A stretch of 64,000 nt of DNA, taken from the NCBI GenBank assembly GCA_009692365.1, contig SHZJ01000017.1:6771-70770 (forward strand), in the 5' to 3' direction. Shown here piece after piece: positions 31,091 to 41,116 of this stretch; the first letter of the stretch is position 1, and each line of letters opens with the position of its first letter. The translations under genes and the position numbers were made by a program. Origin of the DNA: Gammaproteobacteria bacterium. GTDB taxonomy: Bacteria; Pseudomonadota; Gammaproteobacteria; Ga0077536. The notes beneath the pieces were generated by a model. The model saw only the letters and a list, made by a program, of their open reading frames with translations, was not told the origin of the DNA and searched no databases.

Positions 31091-32257
31091 TCAGAAAAAA
31101 GTAATATCGGTGTTATCCGCCGCTGGGGTCATGCCTGCCGGCATCCGTTCTTCGGCCAAGGTATAGGAGCGCTCTAGGGTTGCTCGCAGCTGCGCTGTCG
31201 CTGCTTGGTTGGGAAAAGTGCCACTCGCCAGTTGGCTCTTGAAGGTATGCAGGCTGTCACCCAAATGACTCAGCAACTGGTTGATTCGATCCTGAAATTG
31301 CAGCTGCTCTAGCGCGATGGATACGGCGCGGGTAATCCCTTCGGCCTCGGTGCGTAGCGCGTCACCTGAAGTGGTGTGGCTGGCCATCGCGTTCCGGAAG
31401 TCGGTAACCACGCCCGATAACTGGGCGTCGCAATCCACCCGGGCCTGGGCATCACGCTCAGCGGCGGTCTCGATCATGGCCGACGAGTCTTTGATACTAC
31501 GGTTCACATAATCAATTTTTTGGCTGATGTTTTTGCCGATCTCGCCCGAGCGGGTGGACAGCGTGCGAACTTCATCGGCGACTACCGCAAAGCCACGGCC
31601 GGCTTCGCCAGCACGCGCCGCCTCGATCGCGGCATTCAGCGCCAACAGGTTGGTTTGGTCAGCGATGCTCGCCACATCAGAAGCCATCTTCTGCAACTCG
31701 GTGGTGAACTGCACCAGCCGTTGACTCTCCGCCAGCATCCGGGCCTTGTCGGCCAAGGTGGTGTCGAGAATCTCGCCCACCATCGTCAGCCGCCGCTCGC
31801 TTTTCGCCACCACCTGACGCAGGTCGTCATCGGCGCTGCCGCCATCGATACCCGCCGCCCGATAGCTCGCGCGCACGGCGTCGCGGAGGCGCTCGACGAT
31901 GCCGGCGAAATCCTGGGTGAGATGTACCACGGCCCCGTCGAGCTGCTGCCGGGCCGTGCCCAAATGCCGAATCCAGATCGGCAAAACACTGTCGGCCAGG
32001 TGCATCAGACTAGCGCTGTGCCGCGCCGCGATGTCTGCGACGGTCGCGTTCTGCGCCTGTGCAGCGACCTCTTCAGCGACAGCAATAGCAGCCCGGTAGA
32101 GGCGCCTCACGCGCCCGTCGAGCAGCAGACCAACCACCACCAGTGAGGCGGCGGCGGCTAATCTGGCAGGTCCCTCGGGTACCAGGCACACAATCAACGC
32201 GGCCGCAACTGCGAGCGCGCTCGCACCCCAAGAAAGCAGGGCGGGATCCGATTTCAT
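31091..32257 (-). CDS. Short methyl-accepting chemotaxis protein with no obvious sensory domain
   Basis: N-terminal TM hairpin; [37 protein letters not shown]. Confidence 0.85.
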   Translation of the reverse strand: MKSDPALLSWGASALAVAAALIVCLVPEGPARLAAAASLVVVGLLLDGRVRRLYRAAIAVAEEVAAQAQNATVADIAARHSASLMHLADSVLPIWIRHLGTARQQLDGAVVHLTQDFAGIVERLRDAVRASYRAAGIDGGSADDDLRQVVAKSERRLTMVGEILDTTLADKARMLAESQRLVQFTTELQKMASDVASIADQTNLLALNAAIEAARAGEAGRGFAVVADEVRTLSTRSGEIGKNISQKIDYVNRSIKDSSAMIETAAERDAQARVDCDAQLSGVVTDFRNAMASHTTSGDALRTEAEGITRAVSIALEQLQFQDRINQLLSHLGDSLHTFKSQLASGTFPNQAATAQLRATLERSYTLAEERMPAGMTPAADNTDITFF

Positions 32258-32345
32258 TGGACAGTCTTCCTCGATAAAGTTGCAGCACGGGGTGAGTGTT
32301 GACGGTCGCGGCTAACGCAGACGTTCCGCGTGGGCCCAGCAACAG

Positions 32346-32373
32346 CTATCGCCCCCAACACAGGGAAACTTTA
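32346..32373 (-). promoter_or_regulatory. Candidate sigma-28 (FliA) promoter of the chemosensory operon
   Basis: TAAAGTTT-N12-GGCGATAG versus consensus TAAAGTTT-N11-GCCGATAA, about 90 bp upstream of the first gene; spacer is 1 bp long. Confidence 0.45.
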
Positions 32374-32445
32374 GAAACGGGGGGTAGTTTGGCCCGCGGC
32401 ACGTTCCGCAGGTCTAATTCTCTGAGGTCGGCGGAGCGGCCCCAG

Positions 32446-33693
32446 CTATTTCACGACCGGCCGCGCCGTGGCAAAGAAAAACCACACCACCGCGCCGAAC
32501 ACATTCACGCAGGCCGCCAACACGAAGGCCGCAGTGAAAGTGCCCGTGACGTCAATCAGCCAGCCGGTGACGGCGATGCCGAGGATGCCGGGCAGCGTGC
32601 CCGCCGTGTTGGTGATTGCCAACAACACATCGGCGTAGCGCGGTGCGATGTCGAGATGATTGGAAATAAACCCGCCCCAGGTCATCGCCAACGCTCCTAG
32701 CGCGCCGCACATCAAGCCCAGTGCAACCTCCGGGGAGCTGACGTCTCGGGCCAGCCACATGCACGCAGCAGCGCCCAACAGACCCGCGATTTGCATGAAT
32801 TTGCGCACAAATGTGGCATCGGCACCGCCCTTGATCCAGCTATCTGTCAGCCAACCACTTGCGATACCCGAAACCAACATGGCCAACCACGGCGCGGCGG
32901 CATAAAGGCTCGCGCTTTGAATATCCAAGTGCAGCACTTTGCGAAAATAACTGGGTAACCAGGCGAGCAACATATACAGCACCCAATTGCTGCACAGGTG
33001 GTTGATGATGAGCGCCCACACCGCCGAGGAGCGCAACAATTTGGCCCATGGCACAGGCTCTTTGGGGTGCTGGTCGGGGGCGACGGCACGCAGCAGGTTG
33101 CGTTCGGCGGGGGTCAGCTTGGGATGATCGGCCGGCCGGTCATAGGCCAGTTTCAACCACACCACACACCACACAAGACCCAGTAGGCCAAACACATAAA
33201 AGACGCTGGTCCAGCCGTAATGTTTCACCATCACACCGGTAGTCATCAGCGCAAACAACGTGCCGAGGGGAATGCCGGCGAGCATCAATGCCACCGCGCG
33301 GGATCGCTCGCCGGCCGGCACCCAGCGACTGTACAGATTGTAGGCCGCCGGAAACATCGCGGCTTCGCCTAAGCCCATCGCGATGCGCGCGGCAATGAGG
33401 GCGGCAAAAGACATCCCTGCTGCGAGCGGCGTCACGAGGGTGAATATCGACCACCACAGGACCGCCGCGAGCAAGACGCGCTTGCCACCAAAGCGATTGG
33501 CCAACCAGCCGCTGGGCACCATGAACAACAGATAGCCGATAAAAAAGGCTGACAGTACGAAGCCCTTGATGGTCTCTGTCCACCCGTACTGTTCTTGCAT
33601 GGCCAGCGCGGCAACCGAGATACTCACCCGGTCGATATAGCTGATGAAACTTGCCGCGACACAGAGTGCAACGAGCTTATGACGTTCCTGCAT
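32446..33693 (-). CDS. MFS transporter, anion:cation symporter (ACS) family
   Basis: SYIDRVSIS, GWLANRFGGKR, GLGEAAMFPA, WLPSYF, NHLDIAPRYA. Confidence 0.88.
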   Translation of the reverse strand: MQERHKLVALCVAASFISYIDRVSISVAALAMQEQYGWTETIKGFVLSAFFIGYLLFMVPSGWLANRFGGKRVLLAAVLWWSIFTLVTPLAAGMSFAALIAARIAMGLGEAAMFPAAYNLYSRWVPAGERSRAVALMLAGIPLGTLFALMTTGVMVKHYGWTSVFYVFGLLGLVWCVVWLKLAYDRPADHPKLTPAERNLLRAVAPDQHPKEPVPWAKLLRSSAVWALIINHLCSNWVLYMLLAWLPSYFRKVLHLDIQSASLYAAAPWLAMLVSGIASGWLTDSWIKGGADATFVRKFMQIAGLLGAAACMWLARDVSSPEVALGLMCGALGALAMTWGGFISNHLDIAPRYADVLLAITNTAGTLPGILGIAVTGWLIDVTGTFTAAFVLAACVNVFGAVVWFFFATARPVVK

Positions 33694-33930
33694 GTTTTTT
33701 CTCCCCGCTGCGAGACCTACACGCGGCTGACAGCAACCACCATGCGGGACGCTGAATCGGTTTTTTAACGTTCACACCCTGAGTAGCATGGCGCGCTGGT
33801 AGGTTGGTGCATCTTCCATTGTTCGCGTTCCGCCCCGAAAAAACAGCCCCGATCTAACGGATGTCCACGCCGCTGCAACCGGTTACCCTGATAAGCAAAC
33901 ACCACTAAACCCATTCTCGGGAGACCTTCC

Positions 33931-34839
33931 ATGGCCGGGCTCATCTTGCATCACTACGCGTTATCACCCTTTGCGGAAAAAATTCGCCGCATCCTGGCTT
34001 TTAAAAAGCTGGCGTGGCGTTCGGTGGAACAGCCCAGCATCGCACCGAAACCCGATCTCACGCCGCTCACCGGTGGCTATCGCCGCATCCCGGTGCTGCA
34101 GATCGGGGCGGATATTTACTGCGACACCGCACTCATCGCCGGCGTGTTGGAACGCCTGTACCCAAGCCCCAGTTGTTTTCCCGCAGCGCTCGCGGGCGCC
34201 GCCGCCTTGCTAGAAGACTGGGCCGACCACCGTCTATTTATGCAAACCGTGCCGCCTACCGTGGCACGGCTGGTAGACCACCTTCCCGCGGCATTCTTTG
34301 TCGACCGCGCCGCCATGACACCCGCGTTCACCCGCGAGAATTTAATCGCCGTGGCGCCGCACGCCTGGAGTCAGGCGCTCATTTCTCTGGATAGGCTCGC
34401 CGCGCAGCTAGATCAAACCCCCTTCGTGCTGGGTGCTGTCTTCACCGTAGCCGACGCCGCCTGTTTCCATCCTGTGTGGTTTTTGCAGCACGGGGGGGAT
34501 TTGTTTGATGCCGTGCGAGCACGGCCCAGCTTGTCGGCGTGGTTTGCTCGGGTAGCCGATTTAGGCACGGGCGAAATGACGCCGCTGGAGGCCGCCGCCG
34601 CGCTGACCATCGCGCGCGAGGCGATCCCCACCGACGTGGCGGGAGGCTGCGTGACGGAGGGCGGTTATGTAGCGGGCGCAGAAATGGCCATCGTGCCAGA
34701 CGATTACGGCTTAGAACGCACCGTAGGTCGGCTCATCCGGCTAAACGCGCAGGAAATCGTGGTGCTACGCACAGATCCTCAAGTGGGAGAGGTGGCGGTG
34801 CATTACCCACGCGCGGGTTATCGCTGTTACGCCGTTTGA
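33931..34839 (+). CDS. Glutathione S-transferase family protein
   Basis: HHYALSPFAEKIR, LTGGYRRIPVLQIGADIYCDT, VAVHYPRAGY. Confidence 0.85.
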   Translation: MAGLILHHYALSPFAEKIRRILAFKKLAWRSVEQPSIAPKPDLTPLTGGYRRIPVLQIGADIYCDTALIAGVLERLYPSPSCFPAALAGAAALLEDWADHRLFMQTVPPTVARLVDHLPAAFFVDRAAMTPAFTRENLIAVAPHAWSQALISLDRLAAQLDQTPFVLGAVFTVADAACFHPVWFLQHGGDLFDAVRARPSLSAWFARVADLGTGEMTPLEAAAALTIAREAIPTDVAGGCVTEGGYVAGAEMAIVPDDYGLERTVGRLIRLNAQEIVVLRTDPQVGEVAVHYPRAGYRCYAV

Positions 34840-34864
34840 TCCCGGCGAGGCAAGGCCACCCGCC

Positions 34865-35878
34865 TTAGGCGATGGCCGTGGCGGGAGTAGACATCGTTGC
34901 TCGAACATCCATCGCGAGCTCGAAGGAACGTAAACGCGCGCGATGGTCAAACAGCGAGCCGGCGATCATGAGCTCGTCCACCCGAGTCATTTCGATGAAG
35001 TTCGTTAACTGTTCCCGCACACTCGCCGGCGCCCCAACGCAGGCATAGCTCAGCGTGTGGTCGACCCCCGCCTTCTCGGCGGGGGTCCAGTAGTCATGCA
35101 TCTGATCGCGTGGCGGTTGGAGCTGCGTCGGCGTACCGCGATACAAATTGGCAAACTGCTGCTGGATCGAGGTAAACAGGCGTCGGGCTGCCACATCGGT
35201 GTCGGCCGTCACCACATTGACCACCGCCATGGCGTGCGGCTTGGCCAGTTGGGCTGATGGTTGAAACCGGGCTCGGTACACCTGTAACGCCTGGCGCAGG
35301 GCATCGGGCGCAAAATGCGAAGCGAAGCCAAAAGGGAGCCCCAGGGCTGCTGCGACCTGCGCGCCAAACAAGCTCGAGCCTAAAATCCACAGCGGCACCT
35401 CCAAGCCAGTACCGGGCACAGCGAACACCGTTTGTCCTGCCAGCTCGGGGCCTAGGAAGGCCTGCAGTTCCAGCACATCTTGCGGAAAATTCTCCGCATT
35501 CGAGGCGAGATCTCGACGCAACGCCCGCGCGGTACGTTGATCAGAACCCGGGGCGCGACCCAGCGCCAGATCGATGCGCCCGGGAAACAGCGACTCGAGC
35601 GTACCGAACTGCTCGGCGATGACCAAAGGGGAGTGATTGGGCAGCATGATCCCGCCGGCCCCCACCCGAATGCGCTGGGTGCCCGCCGCCACATGGCCGA
35701 TGACCACCGCGGTGGCGGCGCTCGCGATCCCCGGAATATTGTGATGTTCGGCCAACCAGTAGCGGTTATAGCCCCACTGCTCAGCGTGGCGCGCGAGGTC
35801 TAGCGTATTCCGAAAACTATCCGCCGCCGTGCTACCAGCGGAAATGGGCGATAGGTCGAGTACCGAAAACGCAATCAT
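34865..35878 (-). CDS. LLM class flavin-dependent oxidoreductase (YhbW-like)
   Basis: [43 protein letters not shown]. Confidence 0.9.
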   Translation of the reverse strand: MIAFSVLDLSPISAGSTAADSFRNTLDLARHAEQWGYNRYWLAEHHNIPGIASAATAVVIGHVAAGTQRIRVGAGGIMLPNHSPLVIAEQFGTLESLFPGRIDLALGRAPGSDQRTARALRRDLASNAENFPQDVLELQAFLGPELAGQTVFAVPGTGLEVPLWILGSSLFGAQVAAALGLPFGFASHFAPDALRQALQVYRARFQPSAQLAKPHAMAVVNVVTADTDVAARRLFTSIQQQFANLYRGTPTQLQPPRDQMHDYWTPAEKAGVDHTLSYACVGAPASVREQLTNFIEMTRVDELMIAGSLFDHRARLRSFELAMDVRATMSTPATAIA

Positions 35879-36050
35879 GGCAGCCTCTCGGGCAGTGGGA
35901 AGACAGCGACCATTATGGCGGGTTGCGACCCTCGCAGTCGCCTACAGCGACGTGCCGCGCGGCCCGTCGGGCGCGAGAAAGCTTTAAACTACGGCTGGCC
36001 GTTCGCGGCGAGCCGCAGGAAAATCGCCGCAAAATGATGGAGCACCGCCC

Positions 36051-37160
36051 ATGGCCCTGAGTGCCAACCGTTTTCAACTGGCCGTCTTCGGTAGCAACGT
36101 CAGCCACGGCTGCACCATCTCTGAGGCCGCGGGGGGTATCGAGGTGAACTGGGCAGAGTCGCTGCGCATCGCGCGGACGGCAGATGCGCTAGGCCTTGAG
36201 GCGGTGATCCCGGTGTGCCGCTGGAAAGGCTTTGGCGGGCCCAGCCAGTTCAACCACCGCAGCTTCGAGACCTGGACCTGGGCGGCCGGATTAGCGCAGG
36301 CAACCACCCACATTCACGTTTTTGCGACCACCGCCGTGCCCTCCATCCACCCGGTCCTGGCGGCCAAACAAGCGGTGACGATCGACCACATCTCCGGCGG
36401 GCGTTTTGGGCTGAACGTGGTTTCTGGCTGGAACAGTCAGGAGGTCGCGATGTTCGGCAAAACGCAGTACCCCCACGCGGAGCGCTATGCGCTGACCGAC
36501 GAATGGATGACCCTCATCACCGCCCTGTGGACCCACCTCGGAGAATTTGATTTCGCGGGTCAGTACTTCACCGCGCCGCGTTGTTACGCCGAGCCCAAGC
36601 CGCTGCAGCATCCACGCCCACCGGTGATGAGCGCGGGTGTGAGCCCTGCCGGACGTCGCTTTGCGGCCAAACACGCCGACATGAATTTTATTTTGGCGCC
36701 CAATCTGGCCATGGCGCGCGCCACGGTAGCCGATGTACGCCGCATCGCGCGTGAGGATTACCAGCGTGAAGTGGAGGTCTGGGGCAATGCTGCCATCTTT
36801 TGTGCCCCGACCCACGCCGAAGCTCAGGACTATTACCGACACGTCATCCACGAGCGGGGCGATTTGCTGGCGGCGGGCAATCTGCTGGACACCTTCACGG
36901 CGGAATCCGGTAGCCAACTCCCCGATCCGGCGCTGCGCGAGGCCTATCTGCGCAATATGATGGCCGGCTATTCTGGGTTTCCGGTGGTTGGCACGCCGAG
37001 CGAAGTCACTGATTTTTTGCAGGCCATGGCGGAGTGCGGCCTAGCCGGCGCCACCCTGTCTTGGCCAGACTACGAAGCCGGGTTGGCCCAACTGGGCACC
37101 AGCATTCTGCCGCTGCTGGAAGAGCGCGGCCTGCGCACGGCGCCTAGCGTGGGTCGCTGA
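36051..37160 (+). CDS. LLM class flavin-dependent monooxygenase (RutA/SsuD-like)
   Basis: PVCRWKGFGG, FETWTWAAGLA, TIDHISGGRFGLNVVSGWN, MSAGVSPAGRRFAA. Confidence 0.88.
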   Translation: MALSANRFQLAVFGSNVSHGCTISEAAGGIEVNWAESLRIARTADALGLEAVIPVCRWKGFGGPSQFNHRSFETWTWAAGLAQATTHIHVFATTAVPSIHPVLAAKQAVTIDHISGGRFGLNVVSGWNSQEVAMFGKTQYPHAERYALTDEWMTLITALWTHLGEFDFAGQYFTAPRCYAEPKPLQHPRPPVMSAGVSPAGRRFAAKHADMNFILAPNLAMARATVADVRRIAREDYQREVEVWGNAAIFCAPTHAEAQDYYRHVIHERGDLLAAGNLLDTFTAESGSQLPDPALREAYLRNMMAGYSGFPVVGTPSEVTDFLQAMAECGLAGATLSWPDYEAGLAQLGTSILPLLEERGLRTAPSVGR

Positions 37161-37290
37161 GGCCCATCAATGGTCGAGGGTTAGTCGGCACGGACCCGCT
37201 GCGGCCAGCAGGCCGGCCCCCGCGACCCAGCGCGCCCGGGCGGCCGGCGCGCGCTCGCCTTAGCGTGACCCGGCGCCTCCACCCGAGGGC

Positions 37291-38820
37291 TCAGGGCTCG
37301 CGCGCGCCCTCGTGTTGATAGCGGCGCAACGGACTGAGCAAATAATCGAGGATGCGCCGCCGGCCGATCGCGAGCTCCACGGTCACGGCCATGCCGGCCG
37401 TCAAGGGCAGCTGATGGCCGTCCACCGCCATCACGCGCTGGGTCAACGCGATTTGTGCCAGATAGCGTCGCCCATGCTCGGCGTCCATCACCGCGTCTTG
37501 CGACACCTCCCGCACCCAGCCCGTCAATAATCCGTAGCGCGTGAAGTGATAGGTTTCAACCTTGATCGCCACGCGCTGGCCGGGGTGCACAAAGCCGATG
37601 TCCCGATTGTCGATCAGAGCCTCTACGGCCAGCGGTGCGTCGTCCGGGACGATGACCATGAGCGGCTGCGCCGGGGCTACGACCCCGCCCACCGTATGCA
37701 CCGCCAGCTGCTGCACGCCGCCCGCCACCGGTGCCCTCAGGGTGGCCAAATCCAAGCGATGTTCCACCGCCACGAGTTCTGCCTCTACCCCCGCCAACCG
37801 CGCCTGGGTGTCGGCCAGTTCCGCCAGCCAGCGCGCCTCAAACTGGGCCGCCGCCGCTTGGCGACGGGCCACTAATGCCGCTGCACCGGCCGCCAGCGCG
37901 CTCAGCGCTTCGCGCTGGCTGGCGAGTTCCTGCTCGGCCAGTAGGCGCGCCCGCTCGAACTGCAACCACTGCAGGCGCGGCACCGTGCCGCGCGCCAGCA
38001 ATTGACGATGCGCCTGTGCCTCTTCCGTCACTAACGGCAGGCTGGCCGCGAGTTGCGCCCGCCGCGTCTCAGCGGCCCGGCGCTCGGCCTGCTGCTGGAG
38101 GAGGTCTTGGTCCAAGGCGGCCAGCACGGCCTGGTACTCGGCGCGTTCCTGGGCCAGACGCGCCACGCTAGCGGCCACTCGGGTGCCGCCCCGTTGCGCG
38201 GCGACTCGCGCGAAAGCCAGCCTGTCTGCCCGGCCCAGCTCGTCCTCGCGGCCCAGCCCGTCTGCCCGGCCTAGCCCGTCTGCCCGGCCTAGCCCGTCCT
38301 CGCGGCCCAGCCCGTCCTCGCGGCCCAGCTCGTCCTCGCGGCCCAGCTCGTCCTCGCGGCCCAGCCCGTCTGCCCGGCCTAACCCGTCCTCGCGGCCCAG
38401 CCCGTCCTCGCGGCGCCGGTGGCCGGTGCCGGCCAGCAGCGCGCTCAGTCGCACGCGGTCCACCGCCAGTACGCCCCGCTGGTCGGCCAACCGAGCACGC
38501 TCGGCGAGCAGGGCGGTAGGGTCCAGTTCGAGCAAGACTTGATTGGCCACCACCTGCTGCCCTTCGCGCACTTGAATGCTCTTCACCACCGCCAGTTCGG
38601 CCGCTTGCACCACCTTGCGCTGACCCAGCGGCACCACCTGCCCGGGTGCGACCGCGACGATATCGAGCTGCCCCCACCACAGCCACCAGAGCGCCGCGAG
38701 ACACGCAGCGCACAAGGCCAAGGCCAGCGACCGCGCCGAGCGCGAGGCCGGGGTTGCGCTGAGCGCGCGCACCGGCGGCAGAAAATCACGGGCGTCGTCG
38801 CCGCCGCCGCCGTCCATCAT
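37291..38820 (-). CDS. hlyD: Type I secretion periplasmic adaptor, HlyD family
   Basis: FLP..RAL..TP, single TM, IQVREGQQV, LRAPVAG.VQQL.VHTVGGVV, DIGFV, FTRYG, AGMAVTVEL; ATGA overlap with the hlyB stop. Confidence 0.9.
   Translation of the reverse strand: MMDGGGGDDARDFLPPVRALSATPASRSARSLALALCAACLAALWWLWWGQLDIVAVAPGQVVPLGQRKVVQAAELAVVKSIQVREGQQVVANQVLLELDPTALLAERARLADQRGVLAVDRVRLSALLAGTGHRRREDGLGREDGLGRADGLGREDELGREDELGREDGLGREDGLGRADGLGRADGLGREDELGRADRLAFARVAAQRGGTRVAASVARLAQERAEYQAVLAALDQDLLQQQAERRAAETRRAQLAASLPLVTEEAQAHRQLLARGTVPRLQWLQFERARLLAEQELASQREALSALAAGAAALVARRQAAAAQFEARWLAELADTQARLAGVEAELVAVEHRLDLATLRAPVAGGVQQLAVHTVGGVVAPAQPLMVIVPDDAPLAVEALIDNRDIGFVHPGQRVAIKVETYHFTRYGLLTGWVREVSQDAVMDAEHGRRYLAQIALTQRVMAVDGHQLPLTAGMAVTVELAIGRRRILDYLLSPLRRYQHEGAREP
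38215..38412 (-). repeat. In-frame 18-bp tandem repeat, 11 units, inside hlyD
   Basis: 198 bp encoding ten units of REDGLG/RADGLG/REDELG plus a final RADRLA. Confidence 0.95.
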
Positions 38821-40973
38821 GGCCGCAGCGCGCTGGCGTCGCCTGCCTGCAGGGCCCACAGTCGGGCGTACAAGCCTGGGCTTGCCAGCAGCGATGCATG
38901 CGTCCCCTGCTGCGCAATCCGACCGTTTTCCAGCACCAAAATGCGCTCGGCGAGTTGGACCGTGCGCAGCCGATGAGCGATAAGCAAAACCGTGCGGCCC
39001 CGCACGATTTGCGGCAAATTAGCGTGCAGAACCGCTTCAGTTTCATAGTCGAGGGCAGAGGTCGCCTCATCGAGGATCAAGATGCGGGGCTGGGTCACCA
39101 GGGCGCGCGCCAGCGCAATGCGCTGACGCTGGCCACCCGACAAACTGGCGCCGTGTTCACCCACTAGCGTGTTGTAACCCGCCGGCAGGGCCAGAATGAA
39201 CTCGTGGGCACCGGCCAGCCGCGCGGCGTGGATCACCGCGGCCAGCGGCAGTGAGGGATCGCGCAGCGCGATGTTTTCGCGCACCGAGCGGCTAAACAGC
39301 CGGTTTTCTTGGAGCACCACCCCGATCTGTCGGCGCAGCCACTCGGGGTCGAGCAGCGCCACATCCTGCGCGTCCACCCGCACGCAGCCCGCCTGCGGCA
39401 CCTGCAGCCGCTGGAGGAGACTGGCCAGCGTGCTCTTACCGCAACCCGAGGCGCCGACTAAGCCAATCACGCAGCCCGCCGGCACGCTAAAGCTAAGCCC
39501 GCGCAGGACATCTGGGCCCTCAGGGCGATAGCGAAATTGCACGTCCTCAAAGCTCACCGCCCCCAGCAAGGCTGGCAAGGCGGCCTGTCCGGGTTGATGC
39601 CGCCCCGGCTCTGGCAGCGCGTTGAGCACATCGCCCAAGCGCCGCACCGAAACCCCGGTCTGCTGGAAGTCTTGCCAACACTGCGCAACCCGCAGCACGG
39701 GCTGGGCGATCCGCGCGGCGATGAGAGTAAAAGCCACCAACTCCCCTACGCTGAGACTGGTCTGCAGGACCAGCCGTGCGCCCTGCCACAAAATGGCCAC
39801 CGTGGTGAATTTTTGCAGTAAGCCCGCCACTTGCGCGACCACGCTAGACAACGCGCCGGCGCGCAGACCCGCGCGGGTAGCGCCCGCCAGCAAGTGCTCC
39901 CATTGGACGCCAAAAACTCGTTCCACGGCGCCGGCCTTGAGCGTTGCAATGCCGCTCACGGCTTCCGTCAAAAAAGCCTGAGCCGCCGCGCTGCGCGTGA
40001 ATTTCTCCTCCAGACGCTGGCGAAAAATTGGCGTCGCCAACGCGGCCAGCAGCAGATGCGCTAAAAGCCCGGCCGCAACAATGGCCGACAACCCCGGGCT
40101 GTAGCACACCAGCAAGACAAAAAATCCGCCGGCGAAGGCGAGATCAAGACCGAGGGTCAAGGCCGCGCCGGTAAAAAATGTGCGAATGGTCTCGATCTCG
40201 CGCACCCGTGCCACCGTCTCGCCCATCCGTCGCGCCTCGAACCAGGCGAGCGGCAAGCGCAGGAGATGCTGGAACAGCGTCGCGCCCAACTGCACGTCGA
40301 TCCGATTGGTGGTGTGGGCCAGTACAAAGTGGCGCAGGCCACCCAGCAGCGCTTCAAAGAGCGACACCACCAACAGGCCAGCGCACAGCACATCGAGCGT
40401 TGCGAGGCGTTGGTGCACCAGCACTTTATCGATGATGACCTGAAAAAAAAGCGGCGCGGCGAGCGCCAATAGCTGGAGCATCAGGGAGGCCAGCAATACT
40501 TCGCCCAAAATGCCGCGATGGGCGTTCAGCGCAGGCAAGAACCAGCGCAAACCGAACGCGACCGGGGTGGTGGGCGCCGCCTCGCCACGCGTGAGCAGCA
40601 AGAGCTCGCCGGTCCAGCGCGCTAGAAAATCGGCGCGTGACACCAGCGTCGGGGGCGATCCCATCGCTTTGACCAACACCTGCTCAGCGCGCAGGCCGGC
40701 CAGAATCACCTGCTGGCCATCCACCAGGCGCGCCAGCGCCGGCAACGGCGTCACCGCCAGTCGGCGCCACACGCGCATCACGCGGCGGGCTTTCAGCCCC
40801 AACCAATGCGCCGCCAGTTCCAGTTCCCGCGGTTCGAGGGGCCCACTGGCCCGGCCGAACTCGTGGCCCAGCGCGGCTTCTTCGGCCGGCAGGCCGTGCA
40901 GTCTGGCAATGACGGTAAGACCGTGCAAACCGGTATCGGTCAGGGGCAGCAGCGTGGGCATCGGCAGGAACAT
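38817..40973 (-). CDS. hlyB: Type I secretion ABC transporter, HlyB family (C39-like domain)
   Basis: DTGLHGL without catalytic Cys; FGLRWF; QVIIDKVLVH; GASGCGKST, LSGGQRQR, ILDEATSALD, IAHRL. Confidence 0.92.
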   Translation of the reverse strand: MFLPMPTLLPLTDTGLHGLTVIARLHGLPAEEAALGHEFGRASGPLEPRELELAAHWLGLKARRVMRVWRRLAVTPLPALARLVDGQQVILAGLRAEQVLVKAMGSPPTLVSRADFLARWTGELLLLTRGEAAPTTPVAFGLRWFLPALNAHRGILGEVLLASLMLQLLALAAPLFFQVIIDKVLVHQRLATLDVLCAGLLVVSLFEALLGGLRHFVLAHTTNRIDVQLGATLFQHLLRLPLAWFEARRMGETVARVREIETIRTFFTGAALTLGLDLAFAGGFFVLLVCYSPGLSAIVAAGLLAHLLLAALATPIFRQRLEEKFTRSAAAQAFLTEAVSGIATLKAGAVERVFGVQWEHLLAGATRAGLRAGALSSVVAQVAGLLQKFTTVAILWQGARLVLQTSLSVGELVAFTLIAARIAQPVLRVAQCWQDFQQTGVSVRRLGDVLNALPEPGRHQPGQAALPALLGAVSFEDVQFRYRPEGPDVLRGLSFSVPAGCVIGLVGASGCGKSTLASLLQRLQVPQAGCVRVDAQDVALLDPEWLRRQIGVVLQENRLFSRSVRENIALRDPSLPLAAVIHAARLAGAHEFILALPAGYNTLVGEHGASLSGGQRQRIALARALVTQPRILILDEATSALDYETEAVLHANLPQIVRGRTVLLIAHRLRTVQLAERILVLENGRIAQQGTHASLLASPGLYARLWALQAGDASALRP

Positions 40974-41116
40974 CCGTGTTCACAACTGCCGCGCAGCATG
41001 CCCGTAAACCCCTGTGTTGGGTGGCTAGCGCCCGCGCTGTCCCAGCGTCACGGGAAGAATTCCCGGTGCCAGCCAAGCCCCGCCGCCGGCAACCCTCGGA
41101 CGTCGCGCAAACCGCC

